From the NCBI GenBank assembly GCA_034408725.1, contig JAWXCN010000206.1, positions 1-15,014 of the forward strand: a stretch of 15,014 nt of DNA, given 5' to 3'. Within the stretch, counting starts at the first letter, position 1. Every line of letters begins with the position of its first letter. Source of the DNA: Candidatus Hydrogenedentota bacterium (GTDB taxonomy: Bacteria > Hydrogenedentota > Hydrogenedentia > Hydrogenedentales > SLHB01). Below the pieces are notes generated by a model. That model saw only the letters and a program-made list of their open reading frames with translations. It ran no database searches and was not told where the DNA came from. Positions 1-7,831 of this stretch are shown here, piece by piece. The position numbers and the translations under genes were made by a program.

Positions 1-25
1 AGCGTTGGTGCGCAAGCGCGCTCAT
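1..25 (-). CDS. Partial CDS (N-terminus MSALAHQR...), next gene of the RDD/Zn-finger operon, runs off the window edge
   Basis: ATG at 25-23 overlaps the TGA stop (24-22) of the preceding gene as ATGA, the same coupling seen at 606/603. Only 8 codons are visible. Confidence 0.5.
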
Positions 26-606
26 GCGCCGCCCATTTCCTGTCCGGCAAATTGCGACGGCTCGTGAACGCCACCCGCGCGATCCAGTGCGTCCGCGCCG
101 CCCTGCACTGCTTCTATTTCCACGCGCAATTGCTCAACGACCCGTAACGCCGTGCGCAACCGGCCCAGACAAAATAAAGGTTCTTCGTGAATTGCCGTCA
201 ACACATGGCATACGCAGGTTGGACCGAACGACGCGTTGATGAGCGCGCCGGAGGTGAAAAAGCCGGCTAGAATCGCGGGAATAACGTACGCCGGTTCGGG
301 CCACTCGCTGAGCACCGCCGCGGTCACCAAAACCAGCGCAGTCGCCACGAGTATGAGCAAGATGGTGTTGAGTATGGCCCCCGCGGACGATTTCTGAATC
401 GTGATCGCTTGAATATCGTTGAGATAAAAGCGCTTGTAGCGTTCGGTCAAATAACTCTGCGTAACGACCAGCAAATGGTCCTCCGCAAGCCAAAGCCGCT
501 GTTTGTCGTTGGCAAACAATCCGAAGCCCCGCTTCGCGCGCCCTTTCAGCAATCGGTGCGTTTGCCGCGTCGCCGAGGGTTCCGTATGGGATTCGCCCAT
601 GTTCAT
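22..606 (-). CDS. Hypothetical membrane protein (~194 aa, two central TM helices)
   Basis: 3' part of ORF 22..795. Probable start is ATG at 606, overlapping the upstream stop (ATGA). Two hydrophobic segments (AILNTILLILVATALVLVTAAVL; AYVIPAILAGFFTSGALINASF) follow a soluble 'ERYKRFYLNDIQAITIQK' region. Confidence 0.8.
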   Translation of the reverse strand: MNMGESHTEPSATRQTHRLLKGRAKRGFGLFANDKQRLWLAEDHLLVVTQSYLTERYKRFYLNDIQAITIQKSSAGAILNTILLILVATALVLVTAAVLSEWPEPAYVIPAILAGFFTSGALINASFGPTCVCHVLTAIHEEPLFCLGRLRTALRVVEQLRVEIEAVQGGADALDRAGGVHEPSQFAGQEMGGA

Positions 607-1202
607 ATTGTGAACATAAGCCCTAAAATCGACAAAAACATGAGACTCGATAGCCCAACCTGAACCAATGCCAGGACAATCGTAATCGCGAGCCGGCCCT
701 TTCCCGGTGACATCAGCGCCATTGGCTTGTTCCAGTAGCGGATGCAAATGTAAATGGCCGCCGCCCCCAAAACCGGCGCGATGTACGGCATGCAAAACGT
801 CAGCAGCAACCCAAGCACAACCAAATTGGTCGCCAGCACGTCATACCGATACCGCTCGACCTCCAGCTTGTCCATCGTGCCTTTTGACTTGCCGGCTTCC
901 AGACATTTCGCGCAAACATGTTTCCCGTCGAATTCAATGTCGCACAACGCGCACAAAAACCGCCCACACCCTTCGCATGCGATGGTTGCCTTCTTCGCGG
1001 AATGGAAAAAGCAACTGCTCTCGACATCGGCAATTACCCTTTCGGCAAGCTGGCCCGCGGCATGGGTCCGCGCGTATGCGGGGAAAACGAGAAACTGTAA
1101 CGGCGTCCGGCAATATGGACACGCCATCAGGCCAGGTGAATTCAACACCGCTTCCGGCAACCGGTTGCGGCATTTGTCACACGACTGCGATGCTGCGCCC
1201 AC
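603..1202 (-). CDS. B-box-like zinc-finger membrane protein (199 aa)
   Basis: GTG start. Motifs CDKC...CPYC (Zn ribbon) and CFFH-x7-CEGCGRFLCALC-x7-HVCAKC (B-box-type), followed by 2-3 C-terminal TM helices. Confidence 0.8.
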   Translation of the reverse strand: MGAASQSCDKCRNRLPEAVLNSPGLMACPYCRTPLQFLVFPAYARTHAAGQLAERVIADVESSCFFHSAKKATIACEGCGRFLCALCDIEFDGKHVCAKCLEAGKSKGTMDKLEVERYRYDVLATNLVVLGLLLTFCMPYIAPVLGAAAIYICIRYWNKPMALMSPGKGRLAITIVLALVQVGLSSLMFLSILGLMFTI

Positions 1203-1214
1203 GCCTGCGTGGCC

Positions 1215-1982
1215 TTACTTGCGAATCACGCGCGTGCTGCAGACATGGTCGTGGAGCGCGCGCTTTTCTTCATCGAACGCGGCGATAACGAAACCAATCC
1301 CCAACGTAAACCAGCTTAGAGCGCGAGCCCAAAACCGCGCAAACGCCCGCAGGTACGTTACCTTGTCGCCGTTTTCCCTCACGATGCGCAGTCCGCACGC
1401 CAGCTTGCCGGGCGTGCCGCCAAACTTGCCCACGAAATAGGTGTGATACGCTATCTGCACGATAAACGCCATGATATTCATGATGATCTGAAAGCCGAGA
1501 TTGGCCTGCTGCTCAACCGGATCCAAAGTGAATCCGCCCGAAATAATGGTGAGCAGGAACCCGAACACCATCATGATGATGTAGTCAATTATCCACGCGC
1601 CCAACCGGATCCAAAAACCGCCGTAATCCAGTGATCGTCCAATCGTCGCGCCTTCGCGAAGCTGCTGTTGAAAGATCGGTTTGCACGCCGCGCAAATGTA
1701 CGCGCCCTGGTATTGAATGACGTCGTCTTCGGGAAACGTCCGGTTACACGAGCTGCAAACGACCATGGCCACGCCATCCGCGCCCATGCCAGCATCGTAA
1801 ACTGGGGATAGCGGGGATACCTGTTGCGAGGATTGCACCTCGCGGAAAGGTTGCCAATTCGGCATCCCGTCCTTCCACACCAGCATGTCCGGCCCAATCG
1901 CCCCCTGCGCAACCATGGCCGAAAACTCCTGCTCTCCATACGGCCCAAAGCGCTGATTGTCCTTCGCGTAATACCAAGGCAT
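1215..1982 (-). CDS. RDD family protein with N-terminal GYF_2 (DUF4339) domain and central Zn ribbon
   Basis: WYYAKDNQRFGPY...LVWKDGMPNWQP is the GYF_2 pattern, followed by CSSC...CAAC. RDD signature: YGGFWIRLGAWIIDY...GGTPGKLACGLRIV...RALHDHVCSTRV. RBS AGGAAGG lies upstream of the ATG. Confidence 0.92.
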   Translation of the reverse strand: MPWYYAKDNQRFGPYGEQEFSAMVAQGAIGPDMLVWKDGMPNWQPFREVQSSQQVSPLSPVYDAGMGADGVAMVVCSSCNRTFPEDDVIQYQGAYICAACKPIFQQQLREGATIGRSLDYGGFWIRLGAWIIDYIIMMVFGFLLTIISGGFTLDPVEQQANLGFQIIMNIMAFIVQIAYHTYFVGKFGGTPGKLACGLRIVRENGDKVTYLRAFARFWARALSWFTLGIGFVIAAFDEEKRALHDHVCSTRVIRK

Positions 1983-2061
1983 GCTCGTGCCTTCCTTTCT
2001 TGTCCACCAAACTCAGTTGCGCACCGCACGACAGCATAGCGAAGCGGGACACGGCGGGGCA

Positions 2062-2085
2062 ATTTTGGATTTTAGATTTTGGATT
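2062..2085. repeat. Heptamer tandem repeat (ATTTTGG/ATTTTAG) x3.4
   Basis: ATTTTGG-ATTTTAG-ATTTTGG-ATT read directly. An inverted counterpart lies at 2304-2320. Confidence 0.8.
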
Positions 2086-2173
2086 GGGGGACAGCGGCTG
2101 CGGTAGCTGCCACTCTGGCTCTGCTCGCGCCTAGACTGAAGACAATTTCCCAAAACTGCCGCATTCAAGCACC

Positions 2174-2248
2174 GGAGCGCGGGTTTTCCAACCCGCGATT
2201 TTTTGTTAAGACAAATCAATCAATGGCGGGTTAGCTTACCCGCCCTCC
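2174..2248. repeat. REP-doublet (REPIN-like) element, copy 1
   Basis: GGAGCGCGGGTTTTCCAACCCGCG ... ATGGCGGGTTAGCTTACCCGCCCTCC: two self-palindromic units in inverted orientation. The reverse complement aligns with 3267-3341. Confidence 0.75.
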
Positions 2249-2303
2249 GCCAACGCGAAACCAAGCACAAACCCATTCTCGATCCCCGCGCCACCGCTTC
2301 GTT

Positions 2304-2320
2304 AATCCAAAATCCAAAAT
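2304..2320. repeat. Heptamer tandem repeat AATCCAA-AATCCAA-AAT (inverted partner of 2062-2085)
   Basis: AATCCAAAATCCAAAAT lies immediately downstream of the xerD stop. Confidence 0.75.
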
Positions 2321-2324
2321 CGTC

Positions 2325-3233
2325 TCACGCCCTCGGATGAAACTCCCGGTGCGCGCGGCCCAACCGTTCCGTGCTCACATGTGTATAAATTTGCGTCGTC
2401 GCGATATCGCTGTGCCCCAGAAGTTCCTGTACCGCGCGCAGGTCAGCGCCGTTATCGAGAAGGTGCGTCGCAAACGAATGCCGCAACATGTGCGGCGTGA
2501 CGTTTTGCGCCACGTTGCCCGCGCGCGCGCACCGCTTCACGATCTGCCAAATGCTGGTGCGCGACAAGCGGCGGCCTTTCGCGCCAATGAACACGGTATC
2601 GTGCAGCGCCGTGATTCCGGCGCGAACACCCAGCCACACGCGTATCCGATCAATCGCCCGCGCGCCCAACGGCACCACGCGCACCTTCGATCCCTTCCCG
2701 CGCACGCGCACGGTCCCTTCCTCAAGAGACACGTCGCGCATCGGGACCGTTGCAAGCTCCGTAATGCGCAGCCCGCATGAATAGAATAATTCGATGATCG
2801 CCGCGTCGCGCGAACCCTCTGGCGTTGCCGAATCCGCCGCCGCCAGCATGCGCTCAATTTCCGCATACGACAAGACATGGGGAAGGCCCCGCAACATCCT
2901 TGGTGAATCAAACCCGTCTGCCGGATCATTCGGAAGAACCCGTTCATCGCGCAAAAACGCGTGAAACCGCCGAATCGCGCTGAGATGTCGCGCGGACGAC
3001 CGCGCTGTAAGCGGCGCTTTGCGAAGCGCGATCATGTGGTCCAACACAAGTTCCCGCGTAATCCCCGCGGGAGAATCCACGCCGGCCGACTCGAGAAACC
3101 CGATATACGCCCGCAGGTCCGCCGCATATGCCGCCACGGTCGCCTCGGCAAGCCCCGCTTCGAAAATGGCGGCTTGCAGGAACTGATCCAGCAAGGACCA
3201 GAGAGGCCCTGGTATATTTTCCCCGGTGCTCAC
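2325..3233 (-). CDS. xerD: Site-specific tyrosine recombinase XerD
   Basis: Full catalytic set: CGLRITEL (R), GKGSKVR (K), TPHMLRHSFATHLL (HxxR), LLGHSDIATTQIYTHV (H, Y). N-terminal GLAEATVAAYAADL resembles the XerD SAM-like domain, and the protein ends in HPRA. The start is uncertain (TTG 3239 or GTG 3233). XerD versus XerC was judged by motif memory only. Confidence 0.88.
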   Translation of the reverse strand: MSTGENIPGPLWSLLDQFLQAAIFEAGLAEATVAAYAADLRAYIGFLESAGVDSPAGITRELVLDHMIALRKAPLTARSSARHLSAIRRFHAFLRDERVLPNDPADGFDSPRMLRGLPHVLSYAEIERMLAAADSATPEGSRDAAIIELFYSCGLRITELATVPMRDVSLEEGTVRVRGKGSKVRVVPLGARAIDRIRVWLGVRAGITALHDTVFIGAKGRRLSRTSIWQIVKRCARAGNVAQNVTPHMLRHSFATHLLDNGADLRAVQELLGHSDIATTQIYTHVSTERLGRAHREFHPRA

Positions 3234-3239
3234 CTCCAA

Positions 3240-3268
3240 ATACTACTAGCCAGGTAAATTATTTACAA
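3240..3268 (-). promoter_or_regulatory. Putative sigma70 promoter for xerD
   Basis: On the minus strand, -35 TTGTAA (3268-3263), 17-nt spacer, -10 TAGTAT (3245-3240). Overlaps the palindrome GTAAATTATTTAC (3254-3266). Confidence 0.5.
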
Positions 3269-3341
3269 GGGAGGGCGGGTTTTCAACCCGCCATTGATTG
3301 TCTAATTAAGAGAATGGCGGGTTGGAAACCCGCCCTCCCTT
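3267..3341. repeat. REP-doublet (REPIN-like) element, copy 2; may also act as terminator or stabiliser after the MATE gene
   Basis: 29-bp inverted repeat with one mismatch: AAGGGAGGGCGGGTTTTCAACCCGCCATT (3267-3295) and AATGGCGGGTTGGAAACCCGCCCTCCCTT (3313-3341). Each arm is itself a GGCGGGT..ACCCGCC hairpin. Confidence 0.85.
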
Positions 3342-4773
3342 AATTTGTCTCTTCTCTTGGAGTGAGCGTATCGACGGGGCCGGCGCCGCCCTTCTCCAGA
3401 AAAATGCTGATGTGCCGCCATTTCCCGCTGTAGAAGCGGTAGAAGAACAGCCCACTCAGGCCAACGATGTAAATCGTTGCGCCGAGCCACGCGCCCAGCG
3501 CCCCGCCCCCCGCGGGCACGGCGAGTCCGTATGCCAGCGGCAAAAACACAAAATACGCAGCCAACCCCATCACGATGGCTTGCCACTTTGTATCTCCTGC
3601 ACCGCGCAATGCTCCTGAAATCACAATCGTGATCGCGTCAAACCCCTGGAAGACTGCCGCGAACAACAGCAATTGGTGTCCAAGCGTGGCCACGTCGGAT
3701 TCGATGTCGAACGCGGCGACCAACAAGGTTTTCCCAAACACGGCGAACACCAATCCCATGATCAGCATGTACACTGAGGCGAGCCGCGTCGCCGTGTACG
3801 CCCGGGAAATCGCGCGATCAATCCGGCCCCTCCCGATCCACTGGCCCACGACGGGCGCGATGGCATGGTTCAATCCGAGCGCCGGCATGAATGAAATATG
3901 CATCACCTGGATTGCCGCATTGTGCGCGGCGAGCGCCGTCGCGCCGAACCCGCCCACAACGTAGCTGGTGAAAACACCCCAGGTCACGACGTCAAGCATC
4001 CACGTAAAGCCGGAACCCCAGCCAATCCGCAGGAGTTCCTTCATCTTGAGCCAGTCCAGGCGCATGGCGCGCGTTGTTCCATATTCCTTACGCGCGCTGC
4101 CAGTCATGAAAATGTATTGCATCACCAGGCACTGCACGCCAAGGGCCGCAACGGTCGCCCATGCCGCGCCCGCGACTTCCATTCGCGGCAAGCCCCACTT
4201 GCCGAACACCAATCCGTAGTCGAGCGCAATATTGGTGATGTTCGAGATAGCGGTCACCGCCATCGGGACCCACGGCCGGTTGATCCCCATGAAGAACGCG
4301 CTCAGTCCCGCCTGCCACGGGATCAGGAAGTACAGCAGTACGCGCACTTCAAAATAATCCACCTCATATCGCGTGACATCGGCATCGTGTCCCATCGAAC
4401 CAAAAAGCGCGCCCGCAAACGGGTAAAGGGCAAAGCCAATGACACAGGTGGCAAGCGAGATGTAGATGCTTTGCCAGGCATACCGCGCGCAGCTTTCCTT
4501 GTCGCCTCGTCCGCGGCTCTGCGAAACGAAAGTGCTCACCGCGCTCACCAGGCCAACAAAAAAAGCGACAACGACCCAAGACCACAATCCCGCCGAACCC
4601 ACGGCCGCAAGCTGGGATTTGCCCAGGCGCGACACAAAGGCCATGTCCACAAACTGCATCAGCGTGAACGACATGTTCGACAGGATCGCCGGTCCGGCCA
4701 TGCGCAGGACTTCCTGCATTCCGGCCCAGCGCGGCTCAACATCATCGTATTTTGGAAGGTGATCGTGGCTCAT
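3340..4773 (-). CDS. MATE family efflux transporter (NorM/DinF-like, ~477 aa)
   Basis: About 12 TM segments with MATE motifs (FVDMAFVSRLGKSQLAAVG; VSQSRGRGD; NIALDYGLVFGKWGLPRMEVAGAAWAT; GALRGAGDTK). The ORF extends to 4869, but ATG 4773 gives a typical MATE length. Confidence 0.93.
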   Translation of the reverse strand: MSHDHLPKYDDVEPRWAGMQEVLRMAGPAILSNMSFTLMQFVDMAFVSRLGKSQLAAVGSAGLWSWVVVAFFVGLVSAVSTFVSQSRGRGDKESCARYAWQSIYISLATCVIGFALYPFAGALFGSMGHDADVTRYEVDYFEVRVLLYFLIPWQAGLSAFFMGINRPWVPMAVTAISNITNIALDYGLVFGKWGLPRMEVAGAAWATVAALGVQCLVMQYIFMTGSARKEYGTTRAMRLDWLKMKELLRIGWGSGFTWMLDVVTWGVFTSYVVGGFGATALAAHNAAIQVMHISFMPALGLNHAIAPVVGQWIGRGRIDRAISRAYTATRLASVYMLIMGLVFAVFGKTLLVAAFDIESDVATLGHQLLLFAAVFQGFDAITIVISGALRGAGDTKWQAIVMGLAAYFVFLPLAYGLAVPAGGGALGAWLGATIYIVGLSGLFFYRFYSGKWRHISIFLEKGGAGPVDTLTPREETN

Positions 4774-4984
4774 GAAGATTAACCCGTGGGAGGCAACACG
4801 GGAGCGTATCACCCCAATCCCATCAGGCACAAAACGTATGCGCACCATTTTTTCCGGCGGTCCCATCAAAAGCTGGGCAGGGCAACCGCCGTATTCTCAA
4901 GAAGATAGAAATAATGGGGGTTTGCGATTTTAAGTAGTTGCAACAATTTTTGTAAACTAATTACTGATACGGTTTTAGCGTATC

Positions 4985-5013
4985 TTGCGGAATTTGCGGA
5001 TATAAGATATACT
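4985..5013 (+). promoter_or_regulatory. Putative sigma70 promoter of the pilin-like operon
   Basis: -35 TTGCGG (4985-4990), 17-bp spacer, -10 TATACT (5008-5013), in an AT-rich divergent intergenic region. Confidence 0.6.
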
Positions 5014-5099
5014 GTATTTCGGTTGCGCCATTAGGCAGCAACGAACCCGGACGCTGGGCACCGCATACGTGTCGCCCGGATGGTAACTGGAGAAACAGG

Positions 5100-5522
5100 A
5101 TGGCTATGGATAAGCACGAGGAGGGATTCACGCTTGTGGAATTATGCATCGCCTCCGGAATAATGGCGATGGTCTTCCTCTTTCTGATGGGCGGTGTTAT
5201 CGACGTCAACGATTCGAATCAGGTGATCACGCAGCGAACCATTGCGCAAGCCCAACTTCAAAGCGTCCTCGAACAGATGCGATCACTCACGATTGACGAA
5301 CTGGCCGTTTACACCCCTGCGGCAATGACGGGCCTCGGTTCACAAAGTGCCGTTTCGCTCGCATGCGTTGATTCCTCGAACAATACAGTGACGATTCCCT
5401 TGGCGAGCGCCGCCACCGCATCCAGTTTACCGAACCCTCTGGAAGTGCGCGCGACGGTGACGTGGCGCGATCCGCACGGCCGGCTTCTTTCCCAACAAAT
5501 CGCCACGATGTACCGGAGGTAA
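5100..5522 (+). CDS. Type IV prepilin-like protein, PilV/GspI-like minor pilin (cassette 1)
   Basis: Class III signal EEG|FTLVEL with E5 and a hydrophobic helix. RBS GGAG 7 nt upstream. C-terminal NPLEVRATVTWRD beta-strand motif is typical of PilV-like pilins. Confidence 0.88.
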   Translation: MAMDKHEEGFTLVELCIASGIMAMVFLFLMGGVIDVNDSNQVITQRTIAQAQLQSVLEQMRSLTIDELAVYTPAAMTGLGSQSAVSLACVDSSNNTVTIPLASAATASSLPNPLEVRATVTWRDPHGRLLSQQIATMYRR

Positions 5523-5525
5523 GAG

Positions 5526-6146
5526 ATGGCGCGCAAAGATGGATTCACGTTGTTGGAACTCATGATCATGATCAGCGTGCTGCTGATTGTCATGGGGCTT
5601 CTGTCAACACTTGCGCTGAACGTTCAAAGCGCCGCGGCATCGCAAGACGCGCGAATCGCCGGCCAGGACGAAGTACGGACGGGCATGCAGTGGATCTCGC
5701 GCGAACTACGCCAAGCCACCGCCGCCACAGTCAACGCCAATACATTCCCCGCGACGTCGCTGATCTACCGGCGCGCCGCGGATATCGATGGGAACGGCAC
5801 CGCGGTTAACGCGGGCGTGTTTCTCGAAACCACCGCCGCGCGCACGCTTCAACGCGATGCCGCCGATGCGAACAACGACGGCCGCACGAGAGACCAGCTT
5901 GTAATGATCGAGGGCGCTACCGTGCGTGTCGTGACCAATGGACTGCTTCCCGATGAGGACACCAATAACAACAACGTGCTGGACGGCGGGGAAGACAATA
6001 ATTTCAATGGCGTGCTCGATCGCGGTGTTTCGTTTCAGCAGTTGGGCGGGGGGGTGCTGGTGACCATTCAATCCATGCACCAGCCGAGCCCGCGTGATCA
6101 GGAACAGTTATCAACCCTGCGCGAAGTCATCGCGCCGAGGAACTAG
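5526..6146 (+). CDS. Type IV prepilin-like protein, PilW/GspJ-like minor pilin with Dx[DN]xDG loops (cassette 1)
   Basis: KDG|FTLLELMI signal. The helix 'EVRTGMQWISRELRQA' is typical of PilW/GspJ. Loops DIDGNG, DANNDG and EDTNNNNVLDGGEDNNFNGVLD. Confidence 0.88.
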   Translation: MARKDGFTLLELMIMISVLLIVMGLLSTLALNVQSAAASQDARIAGQDEVRTGMQWISRELRQATAATVNANTFPATSLIYRRAADIDGNGTAVNAGVFLETTAARTLQRDAADANNDGRTRDQLVMIEGATVRVVTNGLLPDEDTNNNNVLDGGEDNNFNGVLDRGVSFQQLGGGVLVTIQSMHQPSPRDQEQLSTLREVIAPRN

Positions 6147-6148
6147 CC

Positions 6149-7831
6149 ATGAGTAAACGCTTGAAAAAAAGAGACGAGGGCGTCGCCCTGATGGTCGCCA
6201 TCATCTTCGTGGCGGCTACCGCGCTCATCCTCGGATCATTGTCCATGCGCCTTGTTCAGCAGGGCCAGCAAACCAGCCAGCACAAAACGTTTAACGACAG
6301 CTTTCCCGTGCTGGAAGCGGCTGTTGCGCAAAGTTGGGCAGATCTCGAGGATGCCGGAACCGGGGCAATCGGCCTCGGGACCTGGGAACCCGTCACCACG
6401 GACGATATTCTCGATCTGCCCACGTTCGGGACGCAGGGTGTCGCTCCGCTCACGATGACGACCATGCCTACTGTCCAATTTATGGCATATGCGGACAACT
6501 GGATTACGGATGGCATCGATAACAATGGCAACGGCACGGCGGACGGCACTGACGAAGCGAATACTTTTACGATCTACGGCCTGGCGCAGAACGGCGGAAC
6601 GACGCGGCGCAACGAAGTTGTCATGACAGGGTTCGACGTGAACGTCTGGCGGAACGCGATTTTCGCGGGCGCGGGACAAGCTGGCGGGTTGATCAACGGC
6701 AACGTCAGCATTCACGGGTCAGTACATTTGCTTGGCGATAACACCGTGGTCGGCACAACCGTTCTCGCAGCGCTTGATATCAGCGGCACGAGCCTTATCC
6801 ACAACAATTACGTCGGAATGCCCAGTTCATTGTCCGGCCGGATTCCCGCGCTGGCGACCAAAGATTTTAACGGGGACGACGTCCAAACGCTGGACGCAAA
6901 GCTTCGGGTGAAGCGCGGCCTTGTGGGCATGTCCGGCAATTCCGAAATTGGCGAACTCGATGTGACCGGTAACATCATCAAAGAAACCATGGACGGCACG
7001 TATGTGACCGATGGTTGGACCGGCAACTCGGTGAACGACGACGGAGATCGCGGCGACCCGACCAGCGTGTTCAGTGATAATGGCTGGGACGTAACCTACG
7101 ACCTTGGCAACAAGGTGCAACTGCCGATGTTGGCGGACACATACCGTGAAGTGGGGACTGGCACGATGTACACCGATCCCGACACCGGCTCACACTACAC
7201 CTATAACAGTTATTGGACCAAAGTGCTGACGCCGCAGGCACACAGCGGGAATATTACCATCACGGCAAACTCGAATTACTACTGGAACGCGCAGCACCCT
7301 ACCGACACCTATGCCATGGCTGGCGCACGCCAGGCCGGTGAAGACTACATTTACTTCAACGCCTCGACCAACGTCATGGAGATCAGCGGCCAGGTGATGG
7401 TTAATGGCAATCTATCGATCAACCGCGGAGGTGGCAGCGACAAAACCATCCACTACACGGGCCGTGGCGCCATTTTGGTGAATGGAGATGCCACCCTCGA
7501 CACAAACCTGTACGCGCGCAACGCCGATGGCACGACCGCCAACAGCTTTCCGGTAAATAACATTTTCGGAATCATGTGTTCGGGAAACCTTACGATGGGC
7601 GTCAATTCGCAGTTGGAACTCATGGGCGCATTCTACGCGCAGCAACAGATACGCTCCGAGAAACAGACCATTGTCACTGGCACGTATGTGTCGAATTATT
7701 TCGATATGGGCACCAACGTTCCGGAGATTTATCAGGTGCCGGAACTCGCGAACAACCTGCCCACCGGCATGATTGGCGCCTACCCCATTCTCATCTTCTC
7801 ACAAGTCTCGTGGAGGGAGCTCGGAACATGA
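6149..7831 (+). CDS. Large PilX/GspK-type pilin-like protein (ComZ-like, probable beta-solenoid), 560 aa (cassette 1)
   Basis: RDEG|VALMVAIIFV, a class III-like signal lacking E5 as in PilX/GspK. Repeated short beta motifs (NGNVSIHGSVH, VNGNLSIN, VNGDATL, SGNLTM, GAFYA) and a C-terminal SWRE. Confidence 0.8.
   Translation: MSKRLKKRDEGVALMVAIIFVAATALILGSLSMRLVQQGQQTSQHKTFNDSFPVLEAAVAQSWADLEDAGTGAIGLGTWEPVTTDDILDLPTFGTQGVAPLTMTTMPTVQFMAYADNWITDGIDNNGNGTADGTDEANTFTIYGLAQNGGTTRRNEVVMTGFDVNVWRNAIFAGAGQAGGLINGNVSIHGSVHLLGDNTVVGTTVLAALDISGTSLIHNNYVGMPSSLSGRIPALATKDFNGDDVQTLDAKLRVKRGLVGMSGNSEIGELDVTGNIIKETMDGTYVTDGWTGNSVNDDGDRGDPTSVFSDNGWDVTYDLGNKVQLPMLADTYREVGTGTMYTDPDTGSHYTYNSYWTKVLTPQAHSGNITITANSNYYWNAQHPTDTYAMAGARQAGEDYIYFNASTNVMEISGQVMVNGNLSINRGGGSDKTIHYTGRGAILVNGDATLDTNLYARNADGTTANSFPVNNIFGIMCSGNLTMGVNSQLELMGAFYAQQQIRSEKQTIVTGTYVSNYFDMGTNVPEIYQVPELANNLPTGMIGAYPILIFSQVSWRELGT

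Noticed and set aside
2184-2211. dif-like site (TTTTGTTAAGA resembles the XerD arm TTATGTTAAAT)
   Set aside because: There is no plausible XerC arm, and the match lies within the REP-doublet spacer.
2325-3233. Phage or ICE integrase marking the pilin region as a genomic island
   Set aside because: Size and motifs fit housekeeping XerD. There is no arm-binding domain, tRNA, att repeat or other mobile gene.
3898-4782. Long antisense or alternate-frame ORFs (also 754..1440, 11281..12060, 12262..12864 and others)
   Set aside because: They are shadows of well-supported genes in GC-rich DNA and show no recognisable motifs.
7576-7827. N-terminal extensions in the ORF track (7576, 8396, 11951, 795, 4869)
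   Set aside because: They overlap upstream genes or lack support. Downstream starts with an RBS, ATGA coupling or typical family length (7828, 8567, 12098, 606, 4773) fit better.
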